64,000 nucleotides of DNA. Origin: Tubiluchus corallicola (taxonomy: Eukaryota > Animalia > Priapulida). A program made the translations under genes and the position numbers. Location of the stretch: the NCBI GenBank assembly GCA_030141605.1, contig JAQGDQ010000085.1:248001-312000 (forward strand), written 5' to 3'. The notes under the pieces are model-generated. The model did no database searches. It had not been told where the DNA came from and saw only the letters and a program-made list of their open reading frames with translations. This document shows positions 24,699 to 38,420 of this stretch, piece after piece. Position 1 is the first letter of the stretch. The number at the start of each line of letters is the position of its first letter.

Positions 24699-27600
24699 TC
24701 ACATTCTTTCCAGTGGTATGAGACCAAGAATTCTGAGACCATTTGCTAGTGTGATCCTTGCACATCTGAACAGCAAGAGTCGGGCTGCTGCAAGAGAATG
24801 TTCCTCCCCTTTCACTCGTAAGCTTCTGTTCGCCAAGTTTGTTAAATGACTGAAAAATTAGAACCGTGTCAGTATGCGAAAGCTTATTTGCAATTAATGT
24901 ACTCTTGGCTAGGTACAGCAATGAGAATTAGTTAGGCAAGTATATTTAAAACACGCTTAACCCAGTACTGTGATTTGTTAACTCAAGAAGCTAAAGATTA
25001 GGTTTATTTCAAAGAGTCTCTTGTTTTGTGCCTCTTCTGCAGTGCCAATTCCATGTAAACTAGTTAGGCACTTAGATAACTTGGCACTTAAATGCCAAGT
25101 TTGCTTTTAATCAATATACTTCTAAACTCTATCTGGTTAACATTATGTTGTAGGTTTACCATATTCTATCTACCATTTCCAAAAATTCTGTCACGTTAGT
25201 AAATTAATACAAAAAACTCCACATATTATAACACACTCATACAAAACAACAAAAAGAAAACAGATACTACAACCAATGGTTCCAAAGGAGCAGACTTACA
25301 ACAAAAAATCTTCGCCATAAGATATTCATATAAACTGCACTTGCTGCAAAAATTAAGGGACTAACTTTGACAATTACAATTTGAATTCTCTGGCTAGAAA
25401 AAAGAATGACAATTACTAATACATGGGTATCGGTCAATATCGTTCAGTTCTACGTTACTTAAAAAAATTAATTTCACTTAGAGAGGTGGTCTCCGGGCCG
25501 TCTTAATGCATGCTGGGCAGTTACCCAGGAGTCCCCTGCTAAATCTATTTATGTTGTGACTTACTGTCAATAAATAAATACTATAGTATACTAAACGATG
25601 AATATTAAATTTTGATATCATGTTACAAGTGGACATTGGCATTCTGATTTAGCATCACGGTCACCTCTGCAACCTTACCTAAGTATGTGCACGTATCTTT
25701 GCACTATGTAACATAACACAAACATTTTTGCATTCTTCAAGGCTTATGTAACGTAACACAAACATTTTTGCATTCCTCAAGGCTCATGTTATATTGTTCA
25801 TGTGTTTGCGTTAGTTAATCTTTGCTGTACAGCAGGTTTTTAATGTTTAAACACTGATTTTGTTGGCAGTACCAATACAATAAATATATGCTTAATTTTA
25901 TCGACCACTTGCGTTTTTATTACTGTGTGTGGTTGTGTAGGTAGGAGCCCCAGTGCACTGTTTGCCCTGGAGACTATAATACTGTTAAGACAGTCCTGTT
26001 TGTTGTCCAATACATGTAAGCTCATGATATTTGACGATTAACACATAGTTATAAAATTATGTTTATAATATCAGTTATGGAAATCAGTTACTTGGGATAT
26101 CATAGTGGAAAAATGAGAAAAATACGTAGGATGCATAACAGAAAACTTCAAGAAAGTGCATCAATTGTCACCAGGTGTGCATGCAGAATCTCATGTAATA
26201 TGCAAGTAATATGGTATTAAAGGATTCCACCACAATGACAATAAAGAAATGAACTCACCACAACTGGAATAGATAATGTACAAGAATACAAGGCTCTAGT
26301 TCCTCTTGAGATTGGCGTAATACTTCGTCAAATCTACAGAGAAAAGAATTGTTTAAGTGGCTGCTGCAAAGTGCAGATAATTGTTCAAAAAATATGTATA
26401 AAAGAATCTACAGTAGCACAGTTTTTTAAAGGTGTCGTCAACATTCAAGATAATTTGAACTGTCCACTATGAGCATTTATTTAACTGTCAATGGTTCTAC
26501 TTTAATTAGATATGTGTCGGAATTTTGTTGTCATAAACTTTGCAAACATGTACGTTCACTCATTGCTACTTGCCTGACAAGAAATCCTTTCATATACTCC
26601 TTCTATCTGATGTTACTTTCAAATTATATCAAAGTTTATAGACAACTCAAGCAAAGCCTCTACGTAAGCAGTGTATTATTTTCAGTCATTGTGTTTGTTT
26701 GTTTGCAATATATTACTATACTTGGCAATACCTAGCAATTTGTTGGGTCACACGCAGTGCTTCTGGTTCGACTAGATGATCAGCAGTGTCAACATCGGCA
26801 GTAACACCGCAATTTCTTTCAATGCTTTAAAAAAATATCAGAATGATATAAATTTCGTAAAATTTCCATAGTTAAAAAGTTAACAGGTAACAAACAACCA
26901 AAATGGTACCGTTATTGTAGTGTGCAATAATCAGGGCCATCTTAACAGCATTATAGGTCTCCGGGGGCAAAGCAATGCACTGGGGCACTTGCCTACACAA
27001 CCACTCACAGGAATAAAAATTAAATTGTATTGGTACTTCCATTAGACATCAAAAACATGCTATACAGCAAAGATCATTGCTATTAACTGTCAAGTGAGTT
27101 GAAGTGACGTCAACAGATTCGCTTTCACATCGTGTAGTTTGTGAGATCAGTACCCATGCACTTGAGGCTGCAGAGGTGACCGCGATACTAAATCAGAGGC
27201 GAATACCAATGTCCACTTGTAACACGATAACAAATATCTATAGTTTATATATTAATTTATTTAATATATTTAATTCAAGTCACAACATACATAGATTAGC
27301 AAGGGCGCCGTGCTTGTGAAGCCCCCGGCCAACTGCCTACCATGCCCATGCATTAAGATGGCCCTGTGTAATATTCCTGTATTGGAGTTCTTACATAGCA
27401 ATGAACTTATTCATACTCTCAAGTCAGTCTTCCTAACAACAACCTATCTGTTGGCAAGTCAAAGCAAGTGTATTAATAATATGGCTAAAGTTATTCACAC
27501 ACAACAAGCTAGTTTGTGAAGCGGATTAGGATTACAGTTAGAATTGGGTTAGGGTTAGGGCTAGAGTTGGGGTATTTAAATTGTGTGGGCATTTGTAAAC

Positions 27601-30600
27601 TCCTTCGAATAATACAAATTCCATATTTACCCTTACGCATAAAACGATGACAAATTTGTCTAGAATTACAAAGAAAACTAAAGGACTATGCTACCAGCAC
27701 ATGAACTTTTTACATTTAGACACAGATGGCTCTGTTGAAATCTTTAATATATATGTAAGCAGACGTAATTTGGAGCAAGATTTATGACTGAGTGGATAGG
27801 TATGCGTGCTATCATGCGAGAGGCATGTTCGATATTGATACTAACTCGCTCAAGACGGTACCACTCATAAACCTTTATTTTCTAATTCCTACAGGGAGGA
27901 TGTATATACACTTGAAAGTGGTTGAAAACCTCTGCTGGTTCAGTGACTCATCTTAAGAGGAATTCCTTGATAGTGAATAAGTCTCCAGTCATGCCACGAC
28001 ATTTGTCGAGTAGATCCTGCCTTTGAGTGCTGTATTCCAGTTTGCAGTGTGATGAACTGTAAATAAGATATGTACAGTGACATCCTAAATAGTTAAAAAT
28101 TTATGCAAAAAGACTACATTTATACATGCAGATTTACCTACAAAGCCTAGCATGAGTGTACTGCAAAAACACTCCAGTGTCACCTTTGCTTGCCAACATT
28201 TTGTCCCAAACGAAATTATAGTTTCTGGTACGACGATCTTTGAGATCTTGCACAATGATTGCACTAACTCCCAAGACCTCAGCTACATTGTCGAGATCCT
28301 CGGTGACTTTTGTGGCTAAAACCATGAAGTGTGAGAAAATTGAAACCATGAAAGTGTGACATGATCAGTAATAAAGAAGTACATTTTTTGAACTAGCCTA
28401 ATGTTTGTTGTTGACTTTTGCAAAACCTGTTACTAATTTAAAGGCCACTACAACTTTCATAATTATAGTTAGTTATAAAAATGGTTTACCCACACTGATT
28501 GCAAATATAAAAATTTCTACAGAAGGCACTAAGGCTTTCAATAAATATATTTACCATATATTGTCAATACTAGCAGACCTGGAAATTGGTTTTGTAAAAG
28601 ATTCACTAAATTTCACGTATCTAGTTTAAATAGCTAAACTAATGTAATCAGTTTTTTGCTCGTCATACTACCTTAAATACTGCATCATTATGGGTTTTAA
28701 CATTGCATATATTTGTAATAAATATCATATATAATAGTATGTAATATTTAATATTAAACATGTAATAAATATAAAGAATAAATGTTACTGTTGATGGTTT
28801 TATTAAGAAATGCTAAGCAATTAATATTGTACTTTTAAGCAAACCAGTGCTAAATGAAACCTTTTTTATGCAGTGAACCCATTGATGTACATATCGTGTT
28901 GACTAAAAACAAATTATAATAATAACATTGTGTAAAGTTAATCATTGTGAAAAAATAATCAGAGCATTCATAGCACACACTTAGCTAGCTAAGCAAAAGC
29001 ATAAATTACTGTATCTTGTCAATAAGATTAATAATATCCTTTTCACACTGGGAAGGTGAATCTGTGACATTTTACTAGTTGGTGCGAACTTTTTAACTGA
29101 CTAAAAATTTTCTTTTCTAGTTACACAATTCTTTCCAGCAGGTAAGCCTAATCCTAAGTAATAAAACTTTGTGTGGAAAATTTTTTGCAGATAAACCCCG
29201 GGTCATACAGCTATTTCCCTCATCGCTTGTTAGGTTTTGTACATTACGTTTGCGTGTGTGTGTATGTGTGTGTGTGCGTGCATGCGTGCGTGCATGCGTG
29301 CGTGTGTGTGTGCATATGTGTATTCAGTTATGTAGAATCACTCACTTTCAGTGTGTTTCATTTTTTCCAGCATTTGACTCTTAGCTTCGTCAAGGATATC
29401 TTCAAGTAGGATCACGTTGCCCTTGCGTGTGCTCATGTTTTGCACACGTCCAAACTTGATGTGGACCAACTCCCGATTGTCCAAACACTCCATCTTCTCC
29501 AGAATTGTGAACAGGTCGTTGAAGTGTTGATGTTGCGCATTTTCGACCTCAAATAAAAACACATATTAAACAAAATCAATAATGCACTTGAGGTGCATAT
29601 TAATAGCCAAATGGTTACGTAGAAAAGTTAAGCAGTGCTAAGCAAGTCAGTGAAAGGCCTGACATCTCAGGTTCAATGCTTACTAGAGTGGTTTCACTTG
29701 ATTTGCTGACTCTACAGATTCCCTTTACTAAGGAAGAATGTACATATATTCCGGAGTGGGAAAGACATTTCTGCCAGTTCAGAGAGATGCACGGACTCAC
29801 TTATTTTTGGACAGCAAATTTGCAGGGTCCATAAAGAGTGGTTCCACAGTTTCGCAAAATCCGTGGGCTGCATACAACAACTTGGTACGCCACAGAAAAA
29901 TGATGATTTATAAAACTGAGACACTTATTTAGCTCGATTAGGGAATGTAAAGGGTTTTTTGTGTGTGAAGCCAGTTACTGAGTAAACTAGTTATGCACGT
30001 TTTCAGCTTGCGCATTGGAAATTAACTGGAATGAGTTTTCAGAAAGCCATTATTTCAGTTTTTTGCCAGCGTATCAAATAATAGTAAAGAAACAAGCTAG
30101 ATTTGCAACTCCACTGGGTCAGCAAGCAGTGTGGGTCTGCAGATCCACAAAAAACCTTGCGAAATCTGGTCCTTCAATCTGCAAAAATGCAGACCACGTA
30201 GCTCTTGCGGCTACCCTGATAAACAGCCAGATTCCAGTCTCGTGAATGCTCTACAGTGAATGCTGGATTCCAGTTTAGAATAAGAAAAATTGCGTAAAAA
30301 AATTAGGTCTGACATTTAGTAGTAAATAGGATAGTAAGTCAGTGAGAAATAGCCAAATTTTCGGAATGTTGATGAAGCCTTGCATAACTATAAATTACAT
30401 GGAAAATGTGATATGTATTATGGGATACAGCCATGGATTTGCTCATCACTAATAATAATCTCCACATTAAGATTATAGTAATTAAACACATACAAAAATT
30501 TTTTAATGTGAGTGTGATTTAATTGCTATAAAAACAATGCTTACAACATATATCATTTTGTTGAAGTTGTGCTTTTTCATTCGTTCAACAACTGCAGCAA

Positions 30601-33600
30601 TATCTCGAGAGAGGTAGACTGTAGTACCGTCACTTTTTGCAAGAATGCACTTACTAGTCGATCCGTTCAAAGGTATGTGCACAGCGCCATCACTGCAACA
30701 AAACTTCAAAATGTAAATTAAAAACAGACAAACTCATTTACACCTCAGAGATGGCAATATTAATTTTTTCCTAATTATAATTCATCATCAAATGTAATTA
30801 AGAGAATAATGAGAAAAAATCAAATTACTTGTCATCAACAGAATACGTCATTGTTACATGGAACACATTGTTTCACGCATTTCACCATTGCATATTTTCA
30901 CAATAATGTTCATTCAGCCATTGTTAGTTTAATTAGTTACTATTAGGGACGTTAAACGACACAAATTTGGCGATATGATAACATTACGATATGATGCTTT
31001 TTTCCAATGATACGATAACAATAAACTAATTTGTAGAGCACATGATATGATACAATAAATTATTTTAAAAGATAAAATGATAACTGAAGTTAGACAATTT
31101 ATGCAACAAAGAATCATAACTAAAATTATTAAGTGCTTCAGTGTATTCAGTGCTGCAAGTTATGAAACAGAAGTTTGTTTGTCATATTATTCATAAATAA
31201 GTAAGATGCGACAGATAAACATGCTACTGTGATAAAAATATTTGTCTATACGAGCTGCACCTGACCGGGAAAGTAACACTAAAAACATGGTACAGTGTAT
31301 TTGACATCCGCGTCAGTATCAAAGCATATACAGGGGTCACCATACTTTGCCAGTATGATTCAGAATGAAAATAGCCATTATGGCTAGGCAAAAAAGCGAT
31401 TTGGCATCCGACAAGCTTATTTTTTACTTTTTATTTATTTATTATTATTATCACATTCAGTACAATATAATGACATTAAGCACACATTTATCTACTGTAT
31501 TAAATTGTTATGTTTCGTACACTATCGTTATCATAAAAGAATAATTGTACTGCAGTGGGCTAGAGAAGCAAAGGCTTGTATAAGCCCACTGTCATGTGAA
31601 CCCGATAAAAAAAAGAACTGGGAGAAAGATTAGATCACACAGGAAGGGTAGAAGGATGTGTTAGTGGAAATGGTAGGAAGAAAGATAATAGATTGCGCTA
31701 TGTTGACATCAGCTCTAAAGATTTATCAATGATGCCTTGTTTTGCATAATCTGTACCAGGATACTTTTAATTTTATAATTTTAAGTAATTCCTTTTATCC
31801 ACTTCTTTCTGTAATTACTGTAAATAAATAGAAAAGAAAAGTAAAGCAACAATACGTGCCAAATTCGATAGAATAACGATAAAAAACAATTTTTCGTATC
31901 GACACGATATTTATCAATACGTATCATTATCGTTAACATCACTAGTTACTATACTAAATTACTTAACAGAGGATGATTTTTGAAGCTATTTATTACTGTA
32001 CTGAACATTTGGACAACAGTCAGTTAGGAAACATACTCAGTGCGTTTAGCTAGCTGTATGGCTTCAAGATGTTTAACCAGCTTGCTGGCTGCATCTCTAT
32101 AAATCGATTCACCTTCATATTCATCAAAACTGACTCCAAGACGACGATACGTTTTTTCATACTCATGAATGCTGAGCAAACGGAACTTGTGCCATAGTGC
32201 TGTAATACCTACGTCACCTGTGAAACAAAATGGGCAGATTTATCTAAAAAGTATGTGATGAAATGGAAGCTTTGTAGAAAACTGCTAACATGAAAAACTT
32301 GTATCACAATTTGTTTACCATAAAACAGACACTTTGCCTCACTCAATGAAGCTTCTAAACCATACCAGAATGCAGCTTAGAGCAAGTTCAAGTTTAGTGC
32401 AGAATTCACTTGAAAGTTAAGAAACACCAACTTTGATAAGAACCTACATAAGTGACTATAAATAATATATACTAAATCTTATTACATGTATGTGTGAATT
32501 ATTAAAACACAATGAAGATTTATGAACTGCTATAGCTTACAAATTATAATTATTCTGTTTCTTCTTGCATTTTTTTCTTATTTCCTACGCTCCCCTGTTT
32601 TTCATACCTGCTTGTATCCTTTTTAGATGATATTTATGTGTTCATAAAATAAAAGAAAAAAATAAACCCCCAGGAAATTAATTTTAGTAATTTCATACGA
32701 TTTATTGCCCTTTTCTTTCACAAAACATAATATACAGTGGTATTTTGAAACGTCGTATTTTTCTTGCTTTATGATTCTTGCTATAATTCTATGATTTTTC
32801 AATTCATTACAACTAGTCTTGTATTAAAAATAATTTGTGTTCACATAATCTACTTACAAGACTATTACCTCGTTCCAGGTTGCAAAATGTCTCCTTCCCT
32901 TTTTTTAAAATCTCTGAATTATTTTCCGCATCTCTATTGATGTTCACATAGACATCAAACAAATGATGAATAGGGTCTGCTTCCAACTTATGTTCATCTC
33001 CGTAGAGCTGATAACCCAAACTTAAAAGACCTGAAAAAACAAGCAAAATAAAGAAAGTAAACATTTGTGTAAAGAAGTTCAACTGGTAAAATTTGCAACA
33101 CTCTAAATAAATGACCAAGTTTTTTTGCACAATAAAGCATGGCAGAGTTGTTAGCAAATGAAGAAGATGGTCATCCGAAGAAGTGAGGCAACTTCAGTCG
33201 ACAATTTTACTTTGACATTAATTTTGGCTGGCATAGAAACACTGTGATGAACTAATTAGCAATAGAGTTATCAACTTAAATTGCCATAAGAACAATGCAA
33301 CTAAATGGCCACAAAAATACCTACATGAGTTAAACTTATCGTTTATATTATTGAAAAGTTTCACTTTCACATTTGCATTGTAACGGAAATATAGTCTACG
33401 AAATAAATCAAACGTGGATCAACTTGAGTGTGAATTTCGCATTGACTGAAGATTATAAACAAGTAGAATCCATCCTAATGTTATTTACAGCTATAGCTAA
33501 TGTTGTAGTTGTTTCACAAAAAATAGGGAACTCACCAAACTGGGTACCCCAGTCACCCAAATAGTTGATTTTTATTACATGGTGACGTAATGCCCGGAGA

Positions 33601-36600
33601 AGATTCGATATGAAATTGCCTATTACTGTTGATCGTATATGTCCTGCATGGAATGGTTTAGCAATGTTTGGAGAACTGAAAAATAATATTACTAATTTAC
33701 TATGATCACAGTCCCACTAAAGTACTAAACTGTTATATAGTAATGCTGCAATCCTAAAATTGTAAACTATTTGATAAATTACTCAAAATTTAGACACGAA
33801 TAGACTTTCAAGTCACATTTCACTTTAACTACGTGGTACTCAAGGCATAGTAATATATAGCACTGTATAGGGTGTTTCAAAAAACCCTCAATCTTTTTAA
33901 AAATTTATGAAAATATACAGACAATTAAAATAAGAACTAAATGAAAATTTGGTGACCGAGTCTATGACATGAAGAATTATACTGACACACAAAACTTGGT
34001 TTTATAAGTCTACTATGGGAATTTTATAGTCACAGCAATATAACACGTCTATTTTCTACACGCAGCCATATAAGGATCTTACACAACTGCAGTTCAGAGT
34101 CAGCATGGTAGCAGAGAAAATGACACAAGTTTTCAAATGTAGACTCAAGAAATTCTCAACTAGTTGACAACTACTGAGTAAGAATTTATCACAAGATGAA
34201 TATTACCAGCCAACTAAGTGAAAATGAAATTTGCGAGTAACTAACGGAAACACCCAAAATATCATTATCCACCATTATTCAGTTATGCATTTTTCTAACA
34301 ATTATACTGAATGCACTAAAGGCACCCTGAGTACAACTTATTATAACAAAAAACTTTTAACTCCTAAAAACGAAGTAAGTCAATCATACTATGAATTAAT
34401 TCTATTACAATGGTGATATTTCTATGTACATATGCATATAGATACCTAAATTCGACTATGTATTTGAGTTTAACCTCATCATGAACATCACTTAGAGTAC
34501 CATATAACTCTCCTTGAAGATGAGCTTCTTCTAAGACATCCTAAAGCAAACACAGAAACGTATTTCTATACATAATATAAGAAACGTAATATATCATATA
34601 TAACATACATAATATAATACGAGAAGCTTAGACTGCAATAACATTAGAAGGCAGTGCCCAACTAAGTTGAAATTTCACAGCTTGATACTACAAAACATTG
34701 ATTTTTAGCCTTAGTTTAATACTTTTAAGTTTATAGTTTTATTAATTTCAAATTAAGACCCAAAAGGTTTTGAATGTTAAAAAAATTAATGCCGGTACAA
34801 TGTCAGCTAATCATGAATTGAAAAAGCAGCTACATTGAGGTATAAAGCATTCAATGCATGGCAGCAAAACAATAAAAAAATCAAATAGTTTACATCATGG
34901 TCTTCATCACAGAAAGTAAGCCATTGTTAAAGATTCGATGTCAAGAAGTGGGATTTAATTTAATGAGTTACTGTTATCTGCAATTCCCTTAAAGAGAAGA
35001 GTGCATGAGCCATATGATGCAGAGAAAATTAAGTCAAAAATTTCTGAGGGCTGGGACCAACTGCTCCTTATAGAAGTGAGAAACTGTATTAACTATTGGA
35101 AGAAAGGCCTTCAACTAGTGTGCATTGAAAATGGCAGACGCACAGAGCACTTTCTGTAAATTTTAACAGTAGTAACATACAAAATTTTTTCTAGCATTTA
35201 TTTTTTTGACCCCATTGATTTAAAAGTTCCGTAACTTTGAAAAATCTAAGAGAATAATCTAAAATTTTTTATTAATTATACATAAGCATCACTGCGATCA
35301 GTGCTGTAATTTTCTAGCAATCCCATCATTTTTTCGTTACAATCAAAACTGTGATCAAAACTTCCGCACATTTTTTGTGCCACCCAATATAACATACAGT
35401 TTTCAGCTAATGTGATGGTTGGAGATAAAGGTTGCACAAAATCAACCTACGTACCAAATACTATTTTTACCTTCAGAAATGGTTGAGGTTTACCATAAAA
35501 GTCCAGCAAAGTTTCTTTTGCTTTCCCAATAGACTGGAGCCAGTTATCACCATTGAACTGAAATTACATTTAAATTTAAAGGCAAAGACCAAGAAAACTG
35601 GAGTGCAAAAACATAGTTACTTGATACAGCTATGCAAAATGATTTTAAACTGGAAAAATAAACAAATAAAAATAGAAATTTTGAAATCAAAAATGAAATG
35701 GCAATGAGAAAATGAACAATTTCTTATATATTTGGCACTTTGCAAACTTGATTATGGTTACAGTTTGACCAGAACCTAGCCACCCAAAGACAATGAGAAC
35801 CTCTATGATGAGCCACTGAACCAAGTGAGGCATCCTGTGTTTGGATTTGTATACATCTTCATTGAGAGAAATAACCTTGTGCAGTAAAACAGATAATACA
35901 ACCCAGAAGCAGTTTTCTTTACAGTCACTCATCCATTTATTGCCAGGTTCAATGATGCTTAACTTTGGTTACTAAGCACACATAGTGAGCACTCAAGCAT
36001 TCCAATCCATCCTATCAGGCTCGTGGTTGCTTAACATCATGCAGTCACAAAGCGCACACCGTGACCGCTCAGTTATTCCACTCATTGTTCATGTTGAGTA
36101 AGCAAATGAAGTTTTGGTCCCAACCTCTATATATTCTAATCGCTGCATTACTTCTACAATGAGTTGTAATTGCACTTTGCTACATTAGTTTTCTACAGCT
36201 ACCGAATGGAGAGTGACAAGTATATAGCACCAATTTAGCACATTCAGCGCAATGACAAAAATATTTGACGAACTTGATTTAGAAAGATGGACAGAGTATT
36301 AAAAATATAATAATATTGCACTGGCAGCCTAGTTTGAATGCGCAAGTGTTGCAGAAACTTAAAATATAATACACCATATGTCAAAATGTGAACCGCTCGA
36401 AGGTTCACAAGAAAAGTAGCGACTAACAAAAAGCACTTACAGGCGCATTCAAAGGAGCTAAAGACTGAACAGCTGGTAGACACTTGCATAATTCGTTTTT
36501 ATTAACTTGCAACCTCACAGCATTTCTGGAATAACAGATAAAAACACAATGCATAGTAATGGCACTATCGTTTATAACTCAAAACAGTTGTGGGCACTGT

Positions 36601-37811
36601 CAAGTTCTTACTAAGATGGAGTTTCATGCTATAATGAATAATTAATGAGTCTACTCTTCAAAACGCGTAGAGAAAAACTAGATTTTTTTAACTAACAAAA
36701 GTTCACATGTAGTTTACTAAACGAAACTATTATATTTGCGTGATGTAGGCAAGTAGCTAAATGTGTGTTTTGGTGAAGATTGCTAATTTTTATCTGTATG
36801 ATCTTTTATCTAACTCATGTTCTCAGATATCTATGCAAATTTAAATGAATAAACAGATCAGTCATTAATTATGCCATGAAAACCTCCAAATAGCAAATGG
36901 CAGACTAGCACTATATCAATGACACTAGTTATCATTAAATTCTATCAAGCATGATATCAGCAAAAGCTAACGAACTTGGAACTTATCTACTAGTTTAGCC
37001 CTTTAATCCCAGAGTTGAATACGCAAATACAAATTATATTAGATGCTGCATTATAATTAGCCGATTAGTATCAGAAAAACATTGTGAAAGAAATTGCATG
37101 TGAACAGAATGGGCCTAACATTGTACGTTCTCTTGTTCGTTTACAAAACAAGGTTATAACTATCATTAGCTATTCATTACATCACTTCAGTGGCAGGATG
37201 AAAGCAACCATTATGAAAAAAATCAAAGTTTAGAGTGATTCAGATTTTACATGCTAATGTGGTAGTCCTAATAATTAATGTCTGCTTCACACCAATTAAT
37301 ATGATAATATGATATACCCCTCTTTTGATGGCGCACAAATCCGCACACATTTAGCCAGCTGTTTTTCTCCATCTGACGCAACAAGTTCCGCTGAGCCCAC
37401 CTTCAGAAGAGAACATATCTAAGATAAAAACAAAAAAAGAAATCAGTTTAATAAACAGTATCATAATTATAAATCTTACACACTATTGTACAAGTTATCA
37501 ATTCGCAAAACTGTTTGAGCACAAAATTTTTATTCTTTCACACACAGCCTTGTTATTTAAGTGCAGTGAAGCAAGTAATGATTTATTTGTCTTTTTGAAA
37601 AAACGGAGTTTGATTTCATTACATTAGACTTGATTGACTAGTGCCAAAAATTTTACACCAGTCACTATTACACACTGCACTAACATTTTACTTAGTAATG
37701 TTGTTAGAGGTTGACTTTATGGTAACAGTTACACAATACTAATGAACTATTACTAACCCAAGTTACGATACACACCTCTTTAGCAACCAGCTGACGAAAC
37801 TTGTGAGCCAT
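24699..37811 (-). CDS. RARS2: Mitochondrial arginyl-tRNA synthetase
   Basis: 14 exons: 37811-37776, 37418-37318, 36525-36441, 35557-35471, 34540-34446, 33675-33536, 33030-32869, 32217-32037, 30692-30545, 29547-29346, 28315-28138, 26824-26732, 26333-26259, 24849-24699. Motifs [30 protein letters not shown] (HIGH), [17 protein letters not shown] (KMSKS-like), [36 protein letters not shown]. Confidence 0.95.
25493..25998. mobile_element. hAT-like MITE, copy A
   Basis: Termini CCGGGCCGTCTTAA ... TTAAGACAGTCCTG; reverse complement of the copy at 26932-27366; internal ~41-bp tandem duplication at ~25706-25790. Confidence 0.75.
26932..27366. mobile_element. hAT-like MITE, copy B (inverted relative to A)
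   Basis: Perfect TIR CAGGGCCATCTTAA ... TTAAGATGGCCCTG; interior matches copy A on the opposite strand. Confidence 0.8.
29252..29312. repeat. (TG)/(TGCG) compound microsatellite
   Basis: Direct reading. Confidence 0.9.
30944..31944. mobile_element. hAT MITE with 8-bp TSD and a nested insertion
   Basis: TIR TAGGGACGTTAAACGA ... TCGTTAACATCACTA; perfect TSD GTTACTAT on both sides; homologous to 57810-58439 but with an extra ~340 bp (~31425-31765). Confidence 0.85.
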
Positions 37812-37947
37812 TTTATTTTAATCTAACATCTTATTCAAATTATCGAAATTTTCAACTAGAATATCAAGAATAAGAATATTTTTATTAATCTTGCAGTTTC
37901 TTTAAAAACTTGCAGGTGTATGTTTTAGTTAGAATTTATCTGATGGA

Positions 37948-37960
37948 CGCGGCCATTTTG
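37948..37960 (-). promoter_or_regulatory. YY1-like motif near the probable RARS2 transcription start
   Basis: CAAAATGGCCGCG on the minus strand, ~140 nt upstream of the RARS2 ATG. Confidence 0.4.
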
Positions 37961-38420
37961 AAGGATGTGTACAAAACATTTTCGTCGCCGTAGAAATCAT
38001 ATATGTACCAGACACAACTACACAAAAGGACAGCAATATCAAAGAGCAGTAAATACCTCAAGTAAATACCAAATCAACAGTTTACATGATTCCATTAAAT
38101 TGACAAAAAAAAGAACAAATTAACAATAAAACAAAAGAAAAAGAAAAATAATCCAAGTATACTTTATTAACAACAAAATTAATTTACTAAAAAGTAAAAT
38201 TACAATATAAAATAAATCAATATAGTAAAAAATCATCAATTTCAGTTATGTACAACAAGTATTTAATAGCTACAAAGGGAGCTCCACATTGTTTAAAGTA
38301 TGCTAGTCAGTAATTGTTAAAGCATCAACACTTAAAAAAACATTAAAAATTCAAAATATAGAATTTCAAAATAATTTATAACATTATAAGTGCTGATCGT
38401 GGCATTAAAATGAATATATG

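Noticed and set aside
27545-27575. TTAGGG telomere-like motif
   Set aside because: Only about two units; common inside small repeats, not an interstitial telomere array.
24699-28138. Apparent loss of the RARS2 anticodon-binding domain in the ORF track
   Set aside because: Three further exons (26824-26732, 26333-26259, 24849-24699) complete the protein.
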